From: Nanobdellota archaeon
Lineage (GTDB): Archaea > Nanobdellota > Nanobdellia > PEZQ01
NCBI GenBank assembly: GCA_018220985.1
Contig: JAAOXS010000003.1
Location: 8,367 to 72,366, forward strand
Reading direction: 5' to 3'
Length of the DNA stretch: 64,000 nt
In this document: positions 48,036-56,481 of the stretch, in pieces
How the letters are laid out: each line of letters opens with the position of its first letter
Position numbering within the stretch: position 1 is the first letter of the stretch
The notes under the pieces: generated by a model
The model's input: the letters and a program-made list of their open reading frames with translations, nothing else
What the model was told of the DNA's origin: nothing
The model's database searches: none
Program-made: the position numbers and the translations under genes

Positions 48036-49310
48036 ATGATTGATGTAAAACTTTTACGTGAAGTTCCAGATTTGGTGAAGCAAAACATTGCTCGTAGGAA
48101 GGATGATAAAAAACTAAAGCTTGTTGATAAAGCAATTATTTTTGATAAGGGGTGGCGTGAATCATTGCAAAAACTTGAAAAATTGAAGCATGAAAAAAAT
48201 TTGGCTACTAAGAAGATTGCGAGTTCAGGTAAGAGTTCTAAAGTAATTTTTCATGTTAAAAATTTGAAAAAGCAAATTATTGATTTAACTAATAAAAATG
48301 AGGGTTTTAAAAAAAATTTTGAGGAAGTAATGCTTCGAATCCCCAATTTATTGCATGAGAGTGTTCCTTTCGGTGAGGATGAGCATGATAATGTTGAGGT
48401 TAAACGGTGGGGTAGAATTCCTAAGCGTGATTTCAAACCTAAAAATCATTTACAGTTGCTTTTAGATTTGGGTTTGATTGATAATGACAGGGCTGCAAAA
48501 GTAAGTGGTAACGCGTTTTTTTATTTGATTGAGGAATTGGCTTTGCTGGACATGGCTATTCAAAGGTATGCTATTGACTTTTTAAGAAAACGTGGTTTCA
48601 AACTTGTTTATCCACCACACATACTTAGAAGAAAATCTTATGAAGGAGTTACTGATGTTGCTGATTTTAAGGATGTTATGTACAAAATTGAAGGTGAGGA
48701 TGCTTTCTTAATTGCAACTGCTGAACATCCATTAGGTGCTCGTTTCATAAATGAAACTTTGCTTGAGCAAGAGTTGCCTTTAAAGTTTGTAGGTTACAGT
48801 ACTAATTTTAGAAAAGAAGTTGGTACGCATGGTAAGTATACAAAGGGTTTGTTTCGTATGCATCATTTTAACAAGATTGAACAATTTGTATTTTGTAAGC
48901 CAGAGGATTCTTGGAAGTTACATGAAGAAATTCAAAAGAATTGTGAAGAGTTGTATCAAGAATTAGGTCTTCCTTATAGGGTTGTTAATAATTGTACTGG
49001 AGATATTGGGATAGTGGCTGCTAAGAAGTATGATACTGAAATGTTGATGGCTGATGGTGAGTATCGTGAAATAGGTTCTAATAGTAATTGTACTGACTAT
49101 CAAGCGAGAAGATTGGGCGTGAAGTATCGTGAGGGTGTTGGAAAACCTCCGAAAGATTACGTGCATACTTTAAATAATACTGCTCTTGCAACTAGTAGAA
49201 CAATGGTTGCCATTATTGAAACGTATCAGCAAAAGGATGGTTCTATTAAGGTTCCGAAAGTTTTACAGCCTTACATGAATGGTTTAAAAGTTGTTAAGAA
49301 AAAAAAATAG
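48036..49310 (+). CDS. serS: Serine--tRNA ligase (standard type)
   Basis: IPN...SVP.G, ATAEHP, FRKEVG..G..TKGLFRMHHFNKIEQF, SNSNCTDYQARRL, HTLNNT. Confidence 0.97.
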   Translation: MIDVKLLREVPDLVKQNIARRKDDKKLKLVDKAIIFDKGWRESLQKLEKLKHEKNLATKKIASSGKSSKVIFHVKNLKKQIIDLTNKNEGFKKNFEEVMLRIPNLLHESVPFGEDEHDNVEVKRWGRIPKRDFKPKNHLQLLLDLGLIDNDRAAKVSGNAFFYLIEELALLDMAIQRYAIDFLRKRGFKLVYPPHILRRKSYEGVTDVADFKDVMYKIEGEDAFLIATAEHPLGARFINETLLEQELPLKFVGYSTNFRKEVGTHGKYTKGLFRMHHFNKIEQFVFCKPEDSWKLHEEIQKNCEELYQELGLPYRVVNNCTGDIGIVAAKKYDTEMLMADGEYREIGSNSNCTDYQARRLGVKYREGVGKPPKDYVHTLNNTALATSRTMVAIIETYQQKDGSIKVPKVLQPYMNGLKVVKKKK

Positions 49311-49387
49311 TGTTTTTACCAGAGAATTGTAACTTATTAGTATTTAATGCGAATTTTTTATAAGTTACACTAGTTTAGTATTGTGTT

Positions 49388-51232
49388 ATGAGTAAGGAAG
49401 TTGAAATTGTTGAAGAGTTTGTTGTTGATACTTCAGTAATTATTGAGGGGGAATTATCAAAACTAGTTGAGAGTGGTAAAGTTAAAAACACTATTATAAT
49501 TCATAAGGCTGTTGTTGCAGAGCTCGAGCATCAAGCTAATTATGGTAGGGAAATTGGTTTTCTCGGTTTAGATGAGTTAAAAAAAATTAATGAATTAGCG
49601 TCTAATGGTAAAATCAATATTTCTTACACTGGAAATAGGCCTGGCGAATCTCAAATAAAGCGGGCTAAGTCAGGAGAAATTGACGCGATGATTCGTGATT
49701 TAGCGTGGGATAGGAAAGCAACTCTCGTTACTGGTGATAAAGTTCAGGGAGAAATGGCTAAGGCTCTTGGCATGAAGGTTATTTTAATTAATGTTGAGAA
49801 AGTTTTTGATAAAAAAGTAGGTCTTGAAAAGTTTTTTGATGAAACAACTATGAGTGTTCATTTAAAAGAGGGTGTTGAGCCTTTTGCTAAAAAAGGCAAG
49901 CCAGGTAGTTTCGAGTTTAAAGCGTTGAGTAGTGAGAAGTTAACTAAAGAAAAAGTTAAGGCATTAGCTAATGAGCTTGTGCTTAAGGCTAATATGTTTG
50001 ATGATTCGTTTGTTGAGATTGAAAGGAAGTTTTCTAAAATAATTCAGTATGAGGACATGCGAATTGTTATTACGAGTCCGCCTTTTAGTGATGGTTGGGA
50101 AATAACTGCTGTAAGGCCTTTAGTAAAATTGGAAATGGATGATTATCATATGAATAGTGAGTTGTTAAGCAGGTTCGCTAAAAAAGCGGAGGGTGTTTTG
50201 ATTGCGGGTAGTCCTGGCGCGGGTAAGACAACTTTTGCTCGTGCGCTCGCTAATTTTTACGAGTCTCAGCAAAAAATTGTTAAAACTGTTGAGTCTCCAA
50301 GAGATTTGAATTTGAAAAGTTCTATTACTCAGTATTCTAAGAATTTCGGTTCTTCCAGTGAAATTCATGATATTTTGTTATTATCGCGTCCGGATTACAC
50401 CATTTTTGACGAGGTTCGTGATACGAGGGATTTCAAGCTTTATACTGATTTACGTCTTTCAGGTATTGGTATGGTTGGAGTTATTCATTCTACAACTGCG
50501 ATTGATGCTGTTCAGCGTTTTATTGGTCGTTTAGAGTTGGGTATGATTCCTTCTGTTCTTGATACTGTTATTTTTATTGATGAGGGCGGTGTTAGTCAGG
50601 TTTTGGATTTGAACATGAGTGTTAAAGTTCCTACTGGAATGATTGAGGCTGATCTTGCCAGGCCTGTTGTTGAGATTAGGGATTTCATTAACAAGAATAT
50701 TTTGTACGAAATTTATTCTTATGGTGAAGAAACTGTTGTGGTTCCAATCACTAAGGATGCTAATAAGGCTTCGGGTTTGAAAAAGTTAGCTGAAAATCAG
50801 GTTCGTAATAGGATTAGTAGGGATTTGAAAAAGAATCAAAGTATTAAAGTTGAAGCTACTGGCAATCAGTCTGTTAGGGTTTACGCTGATAAAGATGCTA
50901 TTCCTCACATTATTGGCAGGGATGGTAAGACTGTTCAGGATTTGGAGAAAGAGTTAGGTGTTAGAATTGATGTTAGGGATAGTGGTGAAAGTGTTGAAAC
51001 CCCTGAGAAAGGTGATAAAATTAGTTATTCGTTAAACGAGTCTAAACAGTATTTCGTTTTTGAGTTCGGTAGAAAAGTTAAGGGTCATAATTTATCTTTT
51101 TTTTCAGGTGATGATTTCGTTTTTGATGGTATTGTTGGTAAAAAAGGCCAGATTCGTGTTGCGAAGAAAAGTGAGTTAGGTGTTAGAGTTAAGTCTTTAA
51201 TTTCGCAGGAAAATTTTGAAGTTTTTGACTGA
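49388..51232 (+). CDS. PIN-domain ATPase with KH domain (PINA-like)
   Basis: VVDTSVII PIN, GSPGAGKTT Walker A, LLSRPDYTIFDEVR, KH motif IIGRDG. Confidence 0.9.
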   Translation: MSKEVEIVEEFVVDTSVIIEGELSKLVESGKVKNTIIIHKAVVAELEHQANYGREIGFLGLDELKKINELASNGKINISYTGNRPGESQIKRAKSGEIDAMIRDLAWDRKATLVTGDKVQGEMAKALGMKVILINVEKVFDKKVGLEKFFDETTMSVHLKEGVEPFAKKGKPGSFEFKALSSEKLTKEKVKALANELVLKANMFDDSFVEIERKFSKIIQYEDMRIVITSPPFSDGWEITAVRPLVKLEMDDYHMNSELLSRFAKKAEGVLIAGSPGAGKTTFARALANFYESQQKIVKTVESPRDLNLKSSITQYSKNFGSSSEIHDILLLSRPDYTIFDEVRDTRDFKLYTDLRLSGIGMVGVIHSTTAIDAVQRFIGRLELGMIPSVLDTVIFIDEGGVSQVLDLNMSVKVPTGMIEADLARPVVEIRDFINKNILYEIYSYGEETVVVPITKDANKASGLKKLAENQVRNRISRDLKKNQSIKVEATGNQSVRVYADKDAIPHIIGRDGKTVQDLEKELGVRIDVRDSGESVETPEKGDKISYSLNESKQYFVFEFGRKVKGHNLSFFSGDDFVFDGIVGKKGQIRVAKKSELGVRVKSLISQENFEVFD

Positions 51233-51234
51233 TT

Positions 51235-51849
51235 ATGAAAATTTTTGTTTTTAGTGATTTACATTGTGATGTGGGAAGAGCTAAGGAAATTTGTAATTTT
51301 GAAGCTGATTTTTTCGTTTTATGTGGGGACGCGAGTGATGTGGGTGATGGATTGAATGAGGTTGGTAAAGTTTTATCAGTTCTTGGTAAAAAATTGTTGG
51401 TTATTCCTGGAAACAATGAGAGTGAAAAGCAAATGAGTGCTTGGTGTGATGAGTTCGGTTTCACAAATTTTCATAAGAAAGTTTTGAAAAAGGGCAAGTA
51501 TTATTTTGCGGGATTAGGGCATTCCATTTTTTTGCCTTTTAGTAATCCTCCAAATGATTTGGCAACACCCGGTGAAAAAAGTGAGGACTGGTTTAATAAT
51601 GAGTTAAAAAATTTTGAGGGTTTGAAAAATTTATTATTGTTCTGTCATCAACCACCCATTAACACAAGTTTGGATTTAACAAGTTCTGGTTTGCATGTTG
51701 GAATCAAAGTCGTTAAAAATTTTATTCTTGAAAACAAGCCTAAATATTTTTTTAGCGGTCATATTCACGAGTGCGCGGGCAATAAGGAAATTATTAGTGG
51801 AGTAAAGTGTTTTAGTGTTGGGAAAAAAGGTGTTTGGATAAATTTATAA
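51235..51849 (+). CDS. Calcineurin-like metallophosphoesterase
   Basis: SDLH, CGD, PGNNE, HQPP, GHIHE. Confidence 0.9.
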   Translation: MKIFVFSDLHCDVGRAKEICNFEADFFVLCGDASDVGDGLNEVGKVLSVLGKKLLVIPGNNESEKQMSAWCDEFGFTNFHKKVLKKGKYYFAGLGHSIFLPFSNPPNDLATPGEKSEDWFNNELKNFEGLKNLLLFCHQPPINTSLDLTSSGLHVGIKVVKNFILENKPKYFFSGHIHECAGNKEIISGVKCFSVGKKGVWINL

Positions 51850-51874
51850 AAACAAGTTATTATTTTGTTTTATT

Positions 51875-52480
51875 ATGAAAGTACTTGCAGCATCAGATAT
51901 TCACGGTGATCTTAATTTAATCAAAGATCTTGTTAGAAAAGCAATTGATAATAACGTTGACGCTGTTATTTTATGTGGAGACATTACCATGTTTGGTATG
52001 GAAGTTAAAGGGTTGATTAAGCCTTTTAAAAATGCGAATTTGAAGGTTTTAGCAATTCCAGGTAATCATGAGAGTTTTGCCCTTGTTGATTTTTTCTCAC
52101 AATTTTACGGTCCGAACTTTTTTAATTTAGAGAATGGTGTTTACAAAAGTAAAGGTGTTGGTTTTTTTGGTAGTTCTGGAACGCGAATGGGCGTGTCAGG
52201 CGAGTCTGAAAAAAACATTGAGGATGTATTATTGGAAAAAGGTAAGGATGTGGAAAGTTTAGCAAAGCGTGTTATGGTTGTTCATGAGCCACCTTACAAT
52301 ACTAAGTTAGATAATATTGGTTTTTCAGCTGGCAGTATTGGTGTTAGAAAAGCTATTGAAAAATTGCAACCTGATTTGTGTTTGTGCGGTCACATGCATG
52401 AAACTTTTGGTTTAGAGGATTCAATTAATAAAACACGAGTTATTAATGTTGGTAGGGAAGGTATTATTTTAGATTTATGA
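51875..52480 (+). CDS. Calcineurin-like metallophosphoesterase
   Basis: SDIHG, CGD, PGNHE, HEPP, GHMHE. Confidence 0.9.
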   Translation: MKVLAASDIHGDLNLIKDLVRKAIDNNVDAVILCGDITMFGMEVKGLIKPFKNANLKVLAIPGNHESFALVDFFSQFYGPNFFNLENGVYKSKGVGFFGSSGTRMGVSGESEKNIEDVLLEKGKDVESLAKRVMVVHEPPYNTKLDNIGFSAGSIGVRKAIEKLQPDLCLCGHMHETFGLEDSINKTRVINVGREGIILDL

Positions 52481-52959
52481 GAATTATTTTTACTGGCACG
52501 CCAGGGACTGGTAAAACAACTGTTTCTAAAATTGTTTCGAAAAAATTAGGGTTGAAGCACGTTGAGGGTAGTGAAATAATTCGAAAAAAAGGTTTAAGGG
52601 AAGGTTATGATGTTGATTTAAGTGCTGTGATTGTTGATGAGAAAAATTTGGCTAGAGAATTCGAAAAATTTGATGATTGCGTTATTGATTCTCATTTGTC
52701 ATATTTTATGAGTTCTAAAAAAGTTTTGTTGTGTGTGGTATTACGGTGTGATACGAATAAATTGATTAGTCGGTTGGAGGAAAGAAAGTACAGTCCTGAA
52801 AAAGTTCGTGAGAATGTGCAGTCTGAAGTTATGAACGTTTGTGGTAATGATGCTTTTGAACGTGGACATGTAGTTTTGGAAATTAACACTTCAAAAAGAA
52901 GTGTTAGTGATGTTGCAAGAATTGTTCTTGAAAAAGTAGATTTTCTTTTGAATGGGTGA
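52477..52959 (+). CDS. Adenylate kinase 6 / Fap7-like ATPase
   Basis: TGTPGTGKTT, IDSH, RLEERKYSPEKVRENVQSE. Confidence 0.9.
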   Translation: MRIIFTGTPGTGKTTVSKIVSKKLGLKHVEGSEIIRKKGLREGYDVDLSAVIVDEKNLAREFEKFDDCVIDSHLSYFMSSKKVLLCVVLRCDTNKLISRLEERKYSPEKVRENVQSEVMNVCGNDAFERGHVVLEINTSKRSVSDVARIVLEKVDFLLNG

Positions 52960-53002
52960 TTATAAATTTTTAATTTATTTTTTTTATCTATTGTTTTCTT
53001 TC

Positions 53003-53529
53003 GTGTTTGAAGTATTAATTGGTGTGTTACTGGCATTTTTCCATCATTACATATTAATTCTGTTGCTTTTGTGCTTGCCACTTTTAATCCTGAAATAAGT
53101 TTTTTGAGTTTCGCATCGTTCATTGTTAGTTCAAGCGTTGCTCATAATTTTTTTGATTTCATACCTGCAATAGTGTTTGGAAGTGGTGAGGAAGGCGCTG
53201 CGCTTGTTGAATTGCAAAATTTTGGTGAGCTCGTTTTTTCGGATTTGATGGTTTTATTCGCGATTGGTTTTGCAAGCGTGGTTTTATCTTTTATTCTTAT
53301 TAATCATTTTGGCGCTTCGTTGATAAAGTTAGCAACAAGGTTAAATTATAAGAAGTTAGCTTGTGCTTGTTTTATTGTTTTGATTAATTTTTTGTTTAAT
53401 GGTTTTTTTGGTGTTGTGATTTGTTTTGCTGGAGCTATTATTTCAAAAAAAACAATTGATTCTGGTGTTATGAAAAGTCATTGTATGGGTGTTTTAATAG
53501 TTCCAACAATTATACATTATTTAATCTAA
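53003..53529 (+). pseudogene. TctA/DUF112-family permease remnant (frameshift plus apparent large internal deletion)
   Basis: GTG 53003 MFEVLIGV in one frame; VTGIFPSLHIN...HNFFDFIPAIVFG in another frame after TGA 53008-53010; then jumps to C-terminal-type GVMKSHCMGVLIVPTI. Confidence 0.65.
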
Positions 53530-53581
53530 AGGAAAGAGAAAAGAATTGTTTATAATAGTAAAAGAATAATTAGTTGTGTAT

Positions 53582-53830
53582 ATGAAAAAGTTTAAGAAAT
53601 TTAGTGAAGAGGGTATAGGTCAATTAGTTAGTGAAGATGATAAATTATATTTTGACGTTATTAAAATAATAAGTGATGATGGTTGTGTTGGGAATGATTA
53701 TTTGTTTAATAAGTTAAAAAATGTTTATTCTAATATGAGGAAGTCAGAGCTTAAGCTTAGGATTATGGGTATAACTTCAAAAATTAATGAGAAAAAGGCT
53801 TGGGGTCTTCAGCAAATTAAAGATTTATAA
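53582..53830 (+). CDS. Small hypothetical protein
   Basis: 82 aa, TATA-like TTTATAA upstream. Confidence 0.6.
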   Translation: MKKFKKFSEEGIGQLVSEDDKLYFDVIKIISDDGCVGNDYLFNKLKNVYSNMRKSELKLRIMGITSKINEKKAWGLQQIKDL

Positions 53831-53854
53831 CTATTAATTTATTTTATCAAATTG

Positions 53855-56299
53855 ATGAGGAAGTTAATTTTTGCAAGTGTTCTTTTACTATTTAGTTCTG
53901 GTTTTGCAACGAGTTATGCTCATAACATTAGTTCATTGGGCGGTGCGTTTTTTGAAAGTGTTCAAAATACTTCTTTAGTTAGAGGTTACGAATATTATTT
54001 TTTTAATGGTATTTCTCTTGTTGAGTTAAACGGAATTCCTCAAGATGCTGTTACTTCAAATATTTATGTTAAAAATGTTGATAATAATATTTTTGAGTTA
54101 AAATTTTTAAGCATTGTTGAAGGTAGTGAAGTTAGTGGTTATTATACCACGATCCAGTGTTCTGACCATTCCTGTGATGGTTGGGTAGGGATAACGTCTA
54201 ATATTTTGACTAATTCAGGTTTGCAAGTAAGTGTTCAAAATGGTGGTTTCGTACTTGAAAAAAGTGTTGAGGATTGTGGGGATGATGTGTGCGAGTCAGT
54301 TATTCAAGAAAATTGCGGAACATGTCTTGCTGATTGTTCGTGCAGTCAGGGTTATGTTTGTTCTAGTAATGTTTGCATAGTTGATGTTTCACAGTTTTGC
54401 GGTGATGGTTATTGTGATGTTGGAATAAATGAGAATTGTGCGACTTGTTCGGTTGATTGTTCTTGCAATGGTTGTTGTTTAAATGGTGAGTGCTTAACTA
54501 ACATAACTTGTGGTGATAGTGTATGCATTTCTGGTTGTGAATATTATACTAATTGTCCTTTTGATTGTCTTGAAGAAATAGATGTAATTGCAAGTTCTGA
54601 AAACTTGTTTTGCGGGGATGGCGTGTGCGCTTCTAATGAGAGTTATGATACTTGTCCAAATGATTGTTCGAAGAGTGAGCAGTTTATTCACAGTAATGCT
54701 TATAATCACAAGTGTCAAAAATTTTTTTTAGAAAATGAGAGTGATGTAACTGTTAAAGCTGTTTTTAAAAAAGTAAGAGATATTAATAAAAGGCATTTCA
54801 TGATTAGTTTGGATTGTTCTAATTCTTTGAATAAAAATTTGTATTCTGCAAGTTGTTTGAGTGATATTTGTGAAAAAGGTATTTACTGTTCCTTCGGTTT
54901 TGGGCGTGGTGGAGAATACTATTATAATTTCAAAAATGTCAGTGTGGGAAATCATATTGTCTGCGTTTGGCCGTCAGCGCCTTCAAATTTTTATTGGACT
55001 TCTGAATTAAGCATAATTCCAATTATTCCATTATTTTGTGGGGATGGTTATTGTGATAAATTTGTTAACGAATCTTGCAATAGTTGTGTTAATGATTGTG
55101 GTATTTGCATTAAGGAAGTTTTAAAAACGAAGGCTTTTGAATTTGGTAAAACATTTACTTGGATTGATTTGAATGAGCAGGTATCTTCATTTAACATTTT
55201 TGTTCCTAAAAACACTGTTGTAAAGCATGCTTTTATCAGTGTTTCAGCAAAGAATGGTGATACATTTTTTTCGCGGAAGGTTTTCACGTCAATAAATAAT
55301 TATCAAACAGTAACTTCCCCTTACATTAAGCCTTTAGAAGAAATTTCGAGAATAACTGTTCTAAATTCTTCAATGTTTAAAAATGGAAGTAATAATGTGA
55401 TTAATTATTTAACAACTTTGAATAAATATTCTTCAAATTCGTGGTTGCAAGGTTATTTAAAAATTTATTATGAGGGCGCGCAACCATATTTGGATAATAA
55501 ATTTGTTGAATTAGGATTTTTGAATAGTTCTGTAATTGAATTGAATATTTTTAATGATTTAATTTCTTGCAGTGGTAACTATTCTTTTGCTCAAATTTTT
55601 GTTCCAGAAAATACTTTAATCCATGATGCTGAATTAATAACTGATATTTCTAATGTTGAATTAGTTCCCCATAAAATGTTATTTATAGTGAATAATAAAA
55701 AAAGTGAACGAATCATTTGGCAAGGCGGTTCTAAAGTTTTTGTTAGAGATGTTTCGAACAATTTTAAGGATGGTAATAATAGTTTTATAATCTTATTTGA
55801 AAGTGATTGCGTTACTATTAATTCAAGTTTTAATTCTTTTTTACGATTTAATTATTCTGGTAATTCTCCGTACATTAGTGATTTCAAGTTTGTTAGTTTA
55901 AGTGGTGATAAAAATTTACGTCCTGTTGAATTATTTGATTTTGATGAAGTCGTTCTTAAAAATGAGTATAGTAAAGAAAGTGCTTTGTGGAAAGTTTCGT
56001 TGATTAGTGAAAAATTAAAAGGTTTGAAGTCGAAAATAATTTTGTTAAAAAATAAATCTTCAAGCATTAAAAAATATTATTCTATTTATAACATTAGTAA
56101 AAAGAATTTTTGGGAAGGTGTTAGTTTGAGTTTGAGTTTTGTATTTTCTGAAATTGAAGAAATTGAATTGTACGCATCTGAATTGAATAGTAGAAATATT
56201 TTTAATCGAAATTTACTTGAAATAAAAAGACGTGTTGTTTGGTTAATAAATTTGTGTGATGACATTTTTAATCAAGTTTTCGTTGAGGTGTCTTCATGA
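53855..56299 (+). CDS. Secreted Cys-rich repeat surface protein
   Basis: Signal peptide MRKLIFASVLLLFSSGFA; five CGDxxC...CxxDC repeats; duplicated ~133-aa beta-rich domain; helical C-terminus. Confidence 0.8.
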   Translation: MRKLIFASVLLLFSSGFATSYAHNISSLGGAFFESVQNTSLVRGYEYYFFNGISLVELNGIPQDAVTSNIYVKNVDNNIFELKFLSIVEGSEVSGYYTTIQCSDHSCDGWVGITSNILTNSGLQVSVQNGGFVLEKSVEDCGDDVCESVIQENCGTCLADCSCSQGYVCSSNVCIVDVSQFCGDGYCDVGINENCATCSVDCSCNGCCLNGECLTNITCGDSVCISGCEYYTNCPFDCLEEIDVIASSENLFCGDGVCASNESYDTCPNDCSKSEQFIHSNAYNHKCQKFFLENESDVTVKAVFKKVRDINKRHFMISLDCSNSLNKNLYSASCLSDICEKGIYCSFGFGRGGEYYYNFKNVSVGNHIVCVWPSAPSNFYWTSELSIIPIIPLFCGDGYCDKFVNESCNSCVNDCGICIKEVLKTKAFEFGKTFTWIDLNEQVSSFNIFVPKNTVVKHAFISVSAKNGDTFFSRKVFTSINNYQTVTSPYIKPLEEISRITVLNSSMFKNGSNNVINYLTTLNKYSSNSWLQGYLKIYYEGAQPYLDNKFVELGFLNSSVIELNIFNDLISCSGNYSFAQIFVPENTLIHDAELITDISNVELVPHKMLFIVNNKKSERIIWQGGSKVFVRDVSNNFKDGNNSFIILFESDCVTINSSFNSFLRFNYSGNSPYISDFKFVSLSGDKNLRPVELFDFDEVVLKNEYSKESALWKVSLISEKLKGLKSKIILLKNKSSSIKKYYSIYNISKKNFWEGVSLSLSFVFSEIEEIELYASELNSRNIFNRNLLEIKRRVVWLINLCDDIFNQVFVEVSS

Positions 56300-56481
56300 A
56301 AAAGTTATTTTTAATCTTGTTGTTATTATTGGTTAGTGGTTGTGTTAGTTCAACGCAGGAATTAATTAGCAATGATAGTGATGTTATTAATGCAAGTGGT
56401 GTTTTAGTAATTGAAAAAGATTTTGTTCAGGAATTAGGTGTTATTAATGCTGAGTTAATAATTGCTGTTTCAGATGTTTAA
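56296..56481 (+). CDS. Small lipoprotein-like protein
   Basis: MKKLFLILLLLLVSGC lipobox; ATGA overlap with upstream gene. Confidence 0.6.
   Translation: MKKLFLILLLLLVSGCVSSTQELISNDSDVINASGVLVIEKDFVQELGVINAELIIAVSDV

Noticed and set aside
49388-49800. PIN domain as a VapC toxin / TA system
   Set aside because: It is the N-terminal domain of the PINA ATPase; no antitoxin gene
53008-53010. In-frame TGA as possible selenocysteine or recoded stop
   Set aside because: A frameshift explains it better; TGA terminates several normal genes here (aglB, dph5, histone, PINA), so the standard code applies
54270-55110. Recurrent TGTGGnGATGG-like DNA repeats
   Set aside because: Explained by the CGDGxC protein repeats
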